64,000 bases of DNA from positions 3,844,001 to 3,908,000 of the forward strand of contig CATNEN010000029.1 in NCBI GenBank assembly GCA_950097015.1, in the 5' to 3' direction. Below the pieces are notes generated by a model. That model made no database searches and was not told the origin of the DNA. It worked only from the letters and a program-made list of their open reading frames with translations. This document shows, piece by piece, positions 19,291-31,793 of this stretch. Position 1 is the stretch's first letter. Every line of letters starts with the position of its first letter. Made by a program: the position numbers and the translations under genes. This DNA comes from Macrostomum hystrix. Lineage: Eukaryota; Animalia; Platyhelminthes.

Positions 19291-19746
19291 TAGCGTCACC
19301 AAATGCTTATAAATTATTGTTTTCTGATCTTAAGTGGCCGCCAGATTGGTAAAATCCAATAAACATTTTCCCAACGGCCCTGCTGGTCGATTGGCTACTC
19401 AGCATAAAAACAATATATTTAACACGACTTTCATGTTGTATGTCATAATTTAAATAATCAACTTAATAGCTGCTTGGATAAATATTTGGATAATTACGAG
19501 TATCTAGGCTCACAAAAATAGCTGTTTATCTTTTTTACACCATGGAGCACTGTAGCTAGTATAACTGTTTTACAACAGAGGTTCTTGATTTGCATATCGT
19601 ACGTCAGATTTTTATTAATGATCTTCGTGTACACGCAATTAAAGCTGCTATTATTCCAAATTAAAAAAAAATTCTTTTTAAAAACAAAAGCAACACTTTA
19701 TTTTATTTGGAACGTCTTGGTGCCAAACCGACTTAGATCCGCAGAG

Positions 19747-19931
19747 CATAGGCGTAGGAACAGGGGGGCAGTGGGGCCATATGGCCACAATTTTTTTAAG
19801 TGGGGGGCATTGATTACTTTCTACTCATATATTTTGTTTTGCCGCTTTGCATGAATGCATGGTATCATAGGCGTAGGAACGGGGGACAGTGGGGCCATGG
19901 CCCTACTTTTCTAATCGTTCCTACGCCAATG
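19747..19931. mobile_element. 185-bp hAT-like MITE
   Basis: TIR CATAGGCGTAGGAAC / GTTCCTACGCCAATG (14/15); 8-bp TSD CCGCAGAG at 19739-19746 and 19932-19939. Confidence 0.85.
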
Positions 19932-20580
19932 CCGCAGAGGTTTTGATTTTGTGTTATGAACCATATGTAGACATTAGAAAAATAGCTAGATTGCAAATAG
20001 TAGTAGAGTATATTTGGCGTACGTAAATAAACCTGATGGGAGTAGTCCTTGGATAGAAATACCAAAAGAGTAAACTATAAAATAACACTGCTTCGCTCCA
20101 GAAAACTAGTGCGATTGTAACAATATTATTTATTTTTTTGTTAATATAATACATTTATACGAGATAAATATCCAGTGCAAATCTAATATCTGGTAATCTG
20201 GTATACATTTTTGCCCAACAGAGCAAGAGTCTCGTTGTGCATCAGATCTCGAAAAGCTACTGGAAAGTCGATAAGATTTACATATTAAGCTGTTACTAAT
20301 TAGAAATATATATTTTTAAATTTAAATTTATAAAAAAGTACTGCGATGTTTAAAAGCGTTAGAATAAAAAGTGCAGTATAAGTTTTTGTTTTATGCTACT
20401 GAGATGATTTCGTCAATACAGTGCAATTTAATCACGCAATTGTTGTGTAAATCCACGTGATAACAATTTTATACGCATCATATATAAAAAACACAATTTA
20501 TAAACTCTTTAAGTGGATTAAAACCCTTAAATTTAAAGCAAATCTAATAACACTAAATCCATAGCAATTAATCGTCCAAC

Positions 20581-23500
20581 ATGAGTTGGGAAGACGAAGC
20601 TATTAAGTTAAGCAGTGATGTTTCTGGACTAAACATTGACGCACCCGTTTTTGTTCCTGGGTGCAACATCAACGCGCCAGCTTTTGTGCCTGGTCAACCG
20701 GCTTTCCGCTCTCCACAAATTCCAGCAGCTACAACAGCAAAAGAAGAAAGTAATTTAAAAGAAGCGAGTGGTGGTGAGGCTATGGAGGAAGAAAAATCAA
20801 CGACAGAAACTGCAGCAGCTACAAATGAACCTGACGATTGCATGATCGAATCTGAACAAACTGAAGCATACCAAGCCCACATAAGGAAAAATGTTGAAAG
20901 TAGCGAAATGCAAAAGGTTGCATCAGATGCTTCTCTTTTGTCATCAGACACTGAAAGAGGTAAGCATTTTTGTAAATTTATTACACATTGTCTAACTTGT
21001 ATTTTGTTTACTTGATTACTTGTATTTAAAGACTAAGTTCTCTATACAGAAATACAGAAGATAATAGATTATGATATTTTGAGAAGTCTAGCTATTTCAA
21101 CTACTTTTCATACTTTTTATAGGCATATCTTTGCAAGTTAAAACCTATTAAGCAAAGCAATAAAGTGCTATAAAAATAATATCTCTAGTTTCTATAGCTT
21201 TCTGACACTGTTAAAAAGTAGCTCATTTCTATCTAATCCAATAAAAGAAATGTTACTAACTGTCAAAGGCTAGGCCTAATTTTTCATTTGTTTTTATTAC
21301 TTATGGCAGCCTAATGTATATTAGACATGTTAAATCTAGACTAGATTAAGGACAGCAATGTTCTACTTCTGTTTGTTATATTATTTTTTTGTTTGCAAAC
21401 AACTGTTAATGACTAAAAACTAGTTAAATAATAACAAAAAGTCAGTAGTTTGGTCAGATAGTTCTGAAAAGTCTTGGTCAGTCTTTCTTCTTTCAAACCG
21501 GGTAAGTGCCTAATCCAGCAGAGGAAGGCACCAAAGCTATTATTGGGATATAGATGGCACCATTAGAATTCTTTGTGGTGGCTTTCAAATAGAGCAGCAC
21601 TTGTGCCCTACATTTGATGTAGCTTGGCCTTTGCAAAATCTTCAGCTGCAGAATTTCTGTGCCTTAGCTTCCTGTTCCACCATATATGCCAGATTTTGCC
21701 ATCGACAGATCGGCTATCCTGCATTTTCGTTCGTTAAATTATTTTTTCACGTGGAATTAATTTTACATGATCTCACAAGTTCAGCACAGGTAATAAAAAT
21801 ATTATGGGACATACAGAACACCCGAAAAGTTTAAGAAAGTTTGTTATAGTCAAGTCAGTTTAAACGTTAGTCTCCGGATTACAGTGGGTAGTAATGGGTC
21901 ACCCAGTACAGAAAGTTGCCGAAATGATGCTCATTTGGGTAGAGCCGGCGCCACAGGAACTCCTGCAGGTGCGACTCGAAGAGCCCATCGCTGGTACTGT
22001 GCCCCTGATTTAGCTTGGCCTTGCAGTGCGCCCAGCTGCCCTCGATTGTGTTGGTGTGCACTGTCGGGTCCTATGGGTCCACGAAATTGAGTCTATGGTT
22101 GACACTCGCATGGTTGAAGCCCATGGCAGCAAGGCCGTTGTACGACTGCCATCCGTCAGTGATGACTCGGGAACCGGGCAGGATGTACTGCTGCAGAATA
22201 GATAGCAGTGTTTCGGCACGTCGATTCTCAACCACCACCATCATGCATTTGTTACTGCCACGCTCTACCATTCCAAGCACCCAGTGGCCCTCACGATAGT
22301 TGCCGACATGGTACTTGCAGTGGAAGAATTTGCTCTCGTCCACCTCCACTTTAATGTTCGGGCCACCAAGCTGCATTGGGTGGTCAATGAGTACCTGGGC
22401 ACACACATCGCGGCAGAAGTTGGCCCAGTCGACACTGGTATGCGGCTGCTGGATGTCACACTGCAGCATGATGTCCTTCAGTGGTGTCTTCAGTGCCCAC
22501 CAGTACACAAAGTCCACCAGTTGGTTAAGCGCTAGGTGGCTTCTCTCGAAAAAGGAGCCCTTCCTTATGGACTCCTGGCCGTGACACTCCTTGCAAGCCC
22601 AAGCCCAGCCATCCACATACCGGTCACCCTGACGACGCTGAAAGCGCATTTGAGGTGCAGCAGGGCAATGACACCGACGCTCATTTGACAGCAGCCAGTA
22701 TTTGGCCAGCCAGCGCATCAGAGACAGTGTGTCAGTGGTCAAAAGAGCCAAGTCCCGCATCCTTATGAGCGGCAGGTCGCATAGTTCCGCAGTAGGTCTT
22801 ATCTCAGCTGGTGGGATGATAGTAGTGGGAGCAGCTGGACGACCCGCCATGTGGATGTGCAGTGTGGCTGAAAAAAATGAAAAAATAATTTAACAAACGA
22901 AAATGCAGGATAGGCGACAGATCTATAGGCCTGCAAATGTGTCAAAGCAAAGCCATGTCAGCACAACTTTTTCAAACTCAGAATGCACGTGTGGCACAAA
23001 TTCAAATGAAAAAATAATATAAGAAATGGAAGTAGAACATTGCCTTAAGGACAATAACTGAAATTAATGTTGGGGTTAGATGGTAATATAGTTTTTGGTA
23101 TTTACTATAGCAATATATAAATATATGGGTAAATCCAGAATTTAGTAGAGATATGCTGTCTTTTCATAATTTATTCTCCAATTTTCATCAAACTTACCTA
23201 AATGATAGACAGTGTCGTACTATAGTGGAAAAAACTGTTTATGAGCACCAGAACAATAGTAGCCAATACTTTTTAACTTCCTTTCGACTTCTTTTTCGGC
23301 TTCGGGACAATGGGTCTTGGCTTCAGGACAAAGGGTCTCGGCTTCAGGACCCAGGCTTATGGATCTTGGACAAGAACAGCAAAGGTCCAGATGTTCACCA
23401 AATAGCAACGCAACAAAAATTGAAGAAATACAGTTTCATTATTAAACTTTTTTTGTATAACGTTCATACTAACATCATTTAAAAACAAACTGGGAACACA

Positions 23501-26500
23501 TTGATTGCTAAATGCAAGTTGTACATTGTACTTTCATTTCACACATGTTCAGAGAGCATTTAGTGAAAGAACAGATGCAAAGTACATGTACATTGAAAAT
23601 AACAATGAGAGAAATAAATGCAATTTTATGCAATATGGTTCTCAGATGCATTGTATGCATACCATGTATTATTTATATACAGTAAGTAGTAACTACTAAC
23701 AAAGTACTAAAACTATTAAAATGCTGCATTGAAGTTATAAAAACTGGTAAAAAGGCCAATTTAAAGGAAGGCTGCACTGGTGATAAATTGTAAAGAGCAT
23801 CCGAGTGAAGAATATTACACACACAAATTACTAGTCATCAATGGCGGGGAAAATATCCTCAATGCATGCACACTTGTAATCTGCCAGACATATCCTAGAG
23901 CAGCGGCGGGTTGAGGTGCCTATCAGATGCTCCAGAGGACTTTGGCAGATGGTGAGCACAGAAGCAGCTGCTATCAAGTCTGTTTGGCTTATGCAGCCAT
24001 GAAAACGTCTGATCTCTTCCATGCCACATGTAGTTGACGTGGATATTCCTATCAAACACTGCTGTCACCTGTCCTAAATACCACTTGTTGTATGCTACGG
24101 CAACAAATTCCTTCACCTCTGGTTGTTTAGGTAGCAGAGATAATTTGTTGACTGTAACATTAACACCAGCATCAGCTGCAGCAGTGTTGGTCGCAACAGT
24201 GCCGGCCGCAGCAGTGTCAGTCACAGCAGTACCAGCCGCAGCAGTGTCGGTAGTCACAGACTGGCCCATAGACACAGCGCAATCGCAGGTATGCTTTATT
24301 GCGGTGCCGACGCCATCAGGAGCACCCTTTCCGTGCCCAGCCTCCATAAAAATCCATTGCCAGGCACTGATCCCTTGTAGGGCCATTTTGCACTAAAGGA
24401 ACTTTGTTCCTTTATTCCTGTACTTTGGCGTGGGCGAATCAGTAACCATTGTTACAGCCTGCAGATTTGGCTCTATCATCTGCATGTGGTCTAGGATCAG
24501 CTACAGGTGAGCCTGAATTGCTGCCAATGTCTTCGACTTCTCCATCGAGAGGGTGGCAAACAAAGCTGGCTCAGCGCCCTGAGTAATTTTGGTTTGGGTT
24601 CACTTTGCAACACACTGTAAAAAGTTTGCTTACATAAAGGATGGGTAAAAAGTTACACATTGATACTCAACCAGACTTACTGCAATGTAGAAAATGCCCT
24701 GATGAATAACAATTTCGGCGCAAAATCCAAAATGGGCAGATTGCGTCTCGGAGCCATATTTTCTGGAGTAATTCTCCAAAAAATCTATGTGCAGCATCAC
24801 CTGTCCTGGCAACAGGATGGCGCAGATATGGCGAATAGTATTGAGCTGGTTTTTTACTCTCAGAAAGTGAGCACAGTACTTTGCCAGCAGGTCATTGAAC
24901 TTGTCAATGGCATCATGCATACTTGACGTCTTCTGTTAGTACAAATATAATAGTAATATATTTATAACTTTGAACGTTTCATGCCTCTATCATAGAATTT
25001 AATTTTTCAAGCTTGCCTTCACAAGCTGAGTCGACCTAAACTGCATCTGCTGGTCGGTTGTCAGCTCCCACTGCTGATACGTGACAGTCTCTGGCATAAC
25101 TTCTGGCAGAGGCTGCAGCACGCTATGGTTATGGCAGTTCAAGCAATTGCGGTACATGCGCAGGTATGATTCGGTGCTGCACACTAGCTCCTTGGCCAGG
25201 TGGTGCTTCTGGCGGGAGTTTTGAACCTTCTGGCAGAAGAGTGCATTGATGATCAACTGCGAATGCAAAGAAGATAGCAGGTGCAAGTTAATTCGAGGTG
25301 GTATAACGAGTTATTTAATAAAGCTAGTGTGACAAAGACATTCAAAGTAATCTTCCCACACTTACATCAAGATTTGTGCAGCACAAACATAAGCAAAGTC
25401 TCCGATCATTAAGCTGCAGCTGAATGATAAAGAAGGCCTTCCAAAGGATGTAAAAAGTAGAGTGGCTAATTTTCTTCTCTGGAAACTCAGAGAGAAACTT
25501 TTCATATAGAACTTCAATCGAAAAGTTCAGATAGCGCTTTTGCACTTTAACCCCTTTGCGGCACACAACCTCGTTTCTTCCCAAGGCCATGTGAGAGTTT
25601 TCGTTCCTTGAGAGGAATTCAACAACACTCAACTTGAGGCTTGACGTCTGTTGGCAGAGAAGGCTGCTACTTCCAATGCTTTCATGACTTCTGGCCAGAG
25701 CAATATGAGCATTTTCCTTTGGACATTGACTAGACAAAGCCTTCTTCTGCCATTGTAGCCATTTCCACTCTTGCTCGTACTTCCTTGATGCTTGTAAATC
25801 TTGCTCTGAAGCCCCAGCCTTTTTCTTAGCCCATGCATCTCGGCAACTTTTTGCTTTTTTTGTATAATAGAGGCTAGCATTTTCAGCCTTTTTCTTTTCT
25901 AAATATCGGTGGTCCCTTTTTTTCTCAAAAGTGCTTCACCAGTAGACTGTGCCATCTGGCCTAGCTGAAATTAAATAATTAAGTAAAAAATGTGTCAATT
26001 AGAATTTTATTTAAATTAATTTTTGTTTATCATCAATTGAGTTATTACTTAAAAAGAGTAGGCCTAGCTAAAATCTAACTTGAGAAAAATCACTAATACT
26101 AATAGGCCTAGCTAGCATAGGCTAAGATACCTAATATTAATATAATATAAATAACAGAAATATAAAATCTTACAATAGATCAAATAGAGCAAAAAATAAT
26201 ATCTTTATTTCTTAGCCACCAAGTTATCTTTCATTTAAACCATAAAATAAATTTGACAAAAGTTCTCAAGTAATAGCATACTAAAATGAAGTACAAAAGT
26301 CTCAAATGCAATAACTAGGTCTAGAAAAAAGGAAAAATATTTCTCACTCAATTTTCATTAAACTAATCAAATCAAATCAAAACTAATCATTAAACAAGAC
26401 CAATGTGTTTTTGACATGCACTTCATGCACTTTTTCAAAGTTCAAATGGCAATATTTCTAAGCATACATGCGCAACCTCCCAAATCTTAGCTGGCCTTGC

Positions 26501-27016
26501 AACTTAGTTTTTGCTCTCATTTGCAACTTAGTTCGTTTCATTGCTCTATTTACGACTTGGTTTGCTCTCATTTGCTCTCTTTTTCTCTCCCTTTTTTCCT
26601 TTTCTTCACACCTTCCTTTTTTGTCCCTTGGTCCCCCCTTTGATTTTTTTGCGCTTGGTCGATTGGTTTTTGCGACTTACCTTGCTTGGCCCTCGTTTCA
26701 TTCAGCCGGGTCGGCCGGGTGTTGCGCATGTATATTTCTAAGATGATTGCGCCTTTCATCGTTTCATTTTTCAAACACAATAGACAATTGCTAGATCCTT
26801 CAATTAATACATAATACAGGTGAAACGAGTCTTCAAAAATTTTTTTCTACAGGCTAAAGACATTTTTTCATATCTGTACTAAATTTTGGATTTACATTAT
26901 ATATTTCAGTTTAAATTTTGGTATTCATGTTCATTTACCATACCGGCGGTACTGTACGAGCATATGGTATACTATACAATAGTATTATCTATGCTGTCAT
27001 ATTCCCTAAGTGGGCA

Positions 27017-27059
<43 letters not shown>

Positions 27060-30000
27060 ACTACTATATTTAAATTGCATATTACAATTCTTATAATGAC
27101 AGCAATTAATAGTAATATTATAATAGAAACAGTTTAATGTTTATAGTCATCTAAAATATTATAACTAGCATTAAAAGTTTTATTTGTGGTTGTACCATTA
27201 TATCAGACCTGAAAAAAATAAAGCAAGTCTGAGTGTTTTAATACCAAACCAATTATCAGTAGATCTACTATTCCAATTCAGTCACACTAGATTTTAGTTA
27301 TTTTTGGTATAATATACAACTTCTAATTAACACTTTTAGTAGAATGCCATACTATATATGAACTTTTAGTTGTTTCTATTATCTGTTTCCTCTAGTTTCA
27401 CTGGTTCTATTTATATGCCAGAGCAAATTTCCTAAATTCCCTAAAAATTTCAGAACCATCATTTGTTTCTATTTTTAGATAATAATTTAAAAAATTATAT
27501 CTATTGTCTTACTATTGTCACTGAGCAAAGCTAAAAAGCCAATAGCAAATATGGTACTATATATTCCATATGTTGCCATGTTCGTGTACTTTTACAAAAT
27601 GTTAAGACTTTTCTTAATGACAGACATCCCAATTGTAGTGAATCTAAAAAAGATGTTTATACCCAATTAGGCACTAAAGCATGTATGTAAGCAAGCTCTG
27701 GTCCTAGGCACTTTTAAATCTATTCTTGCACTTAATTGATTTCCTTGAGCATATAAGATGCTGTTTGCCCAGACCCCCATCTGCTCTGATAGCAAAAACC
27801 TTGTAAAGGTGTAAAGAACTACACCTAGCTATGTTATATAAATTGCATGTGTGGGTTGTCTTACTTTGCAATTATGGATTATTAGTTCATATTCTCTAGA
27901 CATTGCATGATTGACTATACTCGTATTTAACTATTATCTTCCACTTTTTCTGAGGTCTAATATATTCTTTTTGTAGTTACTTATTAATTTGTCTATTAGG
28001 ATCATTTTATAGCAAGACAATTACCTGCATGTAGGGACTCGTTAGATGTGTTAGATGTGATTCGTTAGATTCACTAGCTTGTAAATTCACTAGATCTTAT
28101 CTCAACCCTATTTTACTTGGCAGTTTTAAAATAACTTGCGCATAAACAATAACAGTGCTTGATACAAAATGAACTAGCTAATAAACATGTGAAGTTGCTG
28201 GTGGCTTATAATAGACGAATTTTGACATACTACAGCATCGCTTATAATTATTTTTTTATTCTCTGATAGCAGCTTTTACAAAAATGCATAGAACTAATTG
28301 CTGTCTCTGATTGCTAACACAACCAGGCGATGATGAGGCACCGAGGCGCATCCCGGTGAAGTTGGACACTCGCAAGGAGCACCTCAGCCTAGTGTTTGTT
28401 GGCCATGTAGATGCCGGCAAGTCTACTATTGGCGGCCACCTGCTCTACCTAACTGGCATGGTGGATCAGCGCACATTAGAAAAGTATGAACGCGAAGCCA
28501 AGGAGAAGAACAGAGAGACCTGGTATCTTAGCTGGGCGCTGGACACCAACGCTGAGGAGCGCGAGAAAGGCAAAACTGTAGAGGTCGGTAGGGCCTATTT
28601 TGAGACTGAGAAGAAGCACTTCACTGTTCTGGACGCGCCTGGTCACAAGTCTTTTGTGCCTAATATGATTGGCGGCGCTTCTCAGGTAACATTCTCATCA
28701 TCATATGTTAATATGAGACTTGAGTAGGGTATGAGATGGACAGTCTATGGGGCTGTTAAGAGAAATACTTTAGTTGCTTTATATCGTTAAAGATTGTCTG
28801 AGTCGTTAGAGTGACGTTTGAGACTTGGGAGAGATGTTTGAGTCGGTCGTTAGGGACCGCTATCGGGGCTGTAGCCATGCGGTTAGAGCGTCGGACTCAC
28901 GATAGTTAGGGACCGCTATCGGGGCTGTAGCCATGCGGTTAGAGCGTCGGACTCACGATAGTTAGGGACCGCTATCGGGGCTGTAGCCATGCGGTTAGAG
29001 CGTCGGACTCACGATAGTTAGGGACCGCTATCGGGGCTGTAGCCATGCGGTTAGAGCGTCGGACTCACGACTTAACGGTCGGGGGTTCGATTCCCGACTC
29101 CACTGGAAAAATTTGTGTTCTTGAGCAAGTCCTTAGCTCTAAATTGCTTCAGATCACCCAGATGTGATAAGGGTAATAGCATCAGCTGGAGTAATTAAGG
29201 ATGGGTGTGGCATCCCCCAGTCCATGGACTGAACTGCCGTACGCAGCCTTCATATGCGCCGCGCAATAGCTGCGGCTGTACTGTCGGTTGCACATTTGGC
29301 CCAATTGAGACACGTGTAATCAATTATTATAACTATGTTGCTATACTTAGTGAGACGTTCTAGTCGGTAGAGATTTGTTTGAGTCGTTAAAAAAGATGCG
29401 TCCGAGTCTTAAACTACTTCGTCACTAAGCCCTCATTCAACTGTCGATACTTATTTGAATGCAACAGCGAAACGTTGGTTTCAATCGCACCCGACGTCCC
29501 TACCCTGCTAGGCTGACCTGGCCATCTTGGTGATCAGCGCGCGCAAAGGCGAGTTCGAGACCGGCTTTGAGAAGGGTGGCCAAACTCGCGAGCATGCTAT
29601 GCTAGTGAAAACTGCCGGTGTACGCCACCTGATTGTGCTAATCAATAAGATGGATGATCCCACTGTCCTGTGGTCCGAGCAGCGCTATGAAGAATGCAAA
29701 TCTAAGCTGACGCCCTATCTGCGCAAGTGTGGCTTCTCTGCTAACTCTCTGTACTTTATGCCGTGCAGCGGCCTAACTGGAGCCTGGCTAAAACACTTAG
29801 TACCAGAGGATGTCTGTCCGTGGTACCGCGGCCCGACTCTGCTGGACTACCTGGACCAGATGCCGAAGATGTCGCGCCTATCGGAGTCACCTCTGCGTCT
29901 GCCCATAGCCGACAAGTATAGGGATATGGGCACGATTGTTATGGGCCGCGTGGAGGCCGGCCGGCTGCGACTAGGCGATCAGCTGCTCATGATGCCTAAT

Positions 30001-31793
30001 CGGGTCAATGTGGACGTTGTCGGCCTATGGTGGGACGAGATGGATGTTAACCAGGTGATTCGATTACTCTGCTCTGCTTTGTATTATTTTCTTAATAATA
30101 TGTATAGCCATAAAACTACAAAAATAATATTTGTTTAAGTAATATAAAGCATATAACCACATGCCTCTAGGCTGAGAGTGGCGACTCTGTCAAGCTAAAG
30201 CTGCGCGGCATTGAAGAGGAGGACGTCTCGTCCGGATTTGTACTCTGTCACCAGCCAACCCCCTGTCACGTGACGGATATTTTCGACGCTAAGATAATGA
30301 TTTTAGAGCACAAATCAATCATCTGCGCCGGCTATTCGGCTGTACTGCATCTGCACACTTGCATTGAGGAGGTCAGCATCAAGCTGCTCATCTGTGTGCT
30401 GGATAGGAAGACACAAGAGAAGCAGCAGGTGAGATATATTACAGTTTTATTGTATTTGCTGGCGTTGCAGCGAGAATGAGCACTAATCTCTATAGACATT
30501 CTTGCTTCTAGTCTTCTGAACGGCCATTTAGGTTTACTGTTCTGACCCTCAGGCTCACTGTTCTTGAATTTCAGGCTCCCTAATCTGACCGTCAGGCTCA
30601 CTGTTCTGACCCGCTAAAAAATAGGGATGTTTCTTTGGGTGATTCCAGTTGGAATCTGCGGTGTTTCCAGAAAAAGAAACAGCTGAACGCTGGAAACATA
30701 CCAATCGGATGATTCCATGCTTAGAATCTACCCAACTAGGCGTTTTCTCGGTGCTTCTTGGTGGCGAAATGGAATCACCCAAAGAATCCTCCAGTTCGGA
30801 AGATTCCATGCTCAGAAACCGCCGAGGAATCGCCCGTAAATAATTCTCTGGTTGTCCCATTGGCCAATGGTTCGGTTGATTCTTCGGCGGTTTCCGCACA
30901 ATTTACGGTTACATCGGCTGCTTCCTGGGTGTTTTCTTTAACTCTTGCGAGATAGGGGGGATTTTGGTAGATTCCACTCCTATTTTGCACAAAAAACCCG
31001 CCGAAGAAGCAGCTGAATTTTTTACAGGGGACCTTAGGCTCACTGTTCTTGACTTTCAGGCTCACTGTTCTGACCCTCAGGCTCACTGTTCTTGACTTTC
31101 AGGCTCACTGCTCTTGACCTTCAGGCTCACTGTTCTTGACCTTCAGGCTCACTGCTCTTGACCTGAAGGCTCACTGTTCTTGACCTTCAGGCTCACTGCT
31201 CTTGACCTTCAGGCTCACTGTTCTTGACCTGAAGGCTCACTGTTCTTGACCTGAAGGCTCACTGTTCTTGACCATCAGACTCACTGTTCTTGACTTTCAG
31301 GCTCACTGTTCTTGACCTTCAGGCTCACTGTTCTTGACCTTCAGGCTCACTGTTCTTGACCTTCAGGCTCACTGCTCTTGACCTTCAGGCTCACTGCTCT
31401 TGACCTTCAGGCTCACTGTTCTTGACCTTCAGGCTCACTGTTCTTGACCTTCAGGCTCACTGTTCTTGACCTGAAGGCTCACTGTTCTTGACCTTTAGGC
31501 TAACTCTTCTTGACCTTCAGCTCTATCTCTTCCGTCAGATTTTTTGCCGTATTTTTTATTACTCAAAGCCATTTAACCCATGGACTTCCTAGGTGAGGCC
31601 GAAATTCCTGAAGCAGGACCAGACTGCAATCGTTCGACTGCAGGTGAAAGGCGGCAACATCTGTGTGGAATGCTTTTCAGATTTTCCTCAGATGGGCCGT
31701 GTCACATTGCGCGACGAAGGCCGAACGGTGGCCATCGGTTACGTTGTGAAAATCCTGCCGCCAACCTCCAGCGTGACTCCCGCCGCCGAGTAA
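20581..31793 (+). CDS. GSPT1: Eukaryotic peptide chain release factor GTP-binding subunit eRF3; exons 20581-20959, 28327-28685, 29512-30054, 30171-30428, 31593-31793
   Basis: Tandem PAM2 motifs (LNIDAPVFVP, NINAPAFVP), GHVDAGKST, RETWYLSWALDT, DAPGHKSFVPNMIGGASQ, INKMDD, FPQMGRVTLRDEGRTVAIG. Phases are consistent. Confidence 0.96.
21354..23044 (-). mobile_element. Merlin (IS1016/IS1595-like) DNA transposon, 1.69 kb, in eRF3 intron 1
   Basis: TSD TTAAGGAC at 21346-21353 and 23045-23052. Inverted arms (A/G)GCAATGTTCTACTTC..TTATATTATTTTTT (21354-21388 vs 23009-23044) and 21705-21748 vs 22878-22925. Confidence 0.88.
21879..22850 (-). pseudogene. ISXO2-like/Merlin DDE transposase with one in-frame TAG at 22071-22073
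   Basis: N-terminal Cys motif, VEVDES, VITDGW and TNTIEG; the frame continues after FVDP*DPTVHTNTIEG. Confidence 0.9.
23129..26895 (-). mobile_element. Decayed Sola2-like DNA transposon
   Basis: Fragments LHIDFLENYS..QSAHF and WQWIFMEAGHGKGAPDGVGTAIK, plus CLCLCCTNL and CLNC motifs, broken by stops, frameshifts or introns. A 25/27 inverted repeat lies at 23129-23155 vs 26869-26895. Superfamily call is from recalled motifs. Confidence 0.65.
28849..29070 (+). repeat. 4 x 56-bp tandem repeat containing the SINE A-box half
   Basis: Units start at 28851, 28907, 28963 and 29019. Confidence 0.95.
29033..29335 (+). mobile_element. tRNA-derived SINE in eRF3 intron 2
   Basis: GGGGCTGTAGCCATGCGGTTAGAGCG..GGTTCGATTCC head, then GTGTTCTTGAGCAAG core-like body and an AT-rich end. 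Confidence 0.75.
30535..31520. repeat. 22-bp minisatellite (CAGGCTCACTGTTCTTGACCTT) interrupted by a MITE
   Basis: Copies at 30535-30609 and 31030-31520. Confidence 0.93.
30610..31029. mobile_element. 420-bp non-autonomous TIR element with 2-bp TSD (CMC/EnSpm-like)
   Basis: CCCGCTAAAAAA..TTTTTTACAGGG termini; GA on both sides; removing it restores the satellite unit. Confidence 0.7.

Noticed and set aside
29033-29104. Functional tRNA gene
   Set aside because: Acceptor and anticodon stems do not pair, and it continues into a SINE body.
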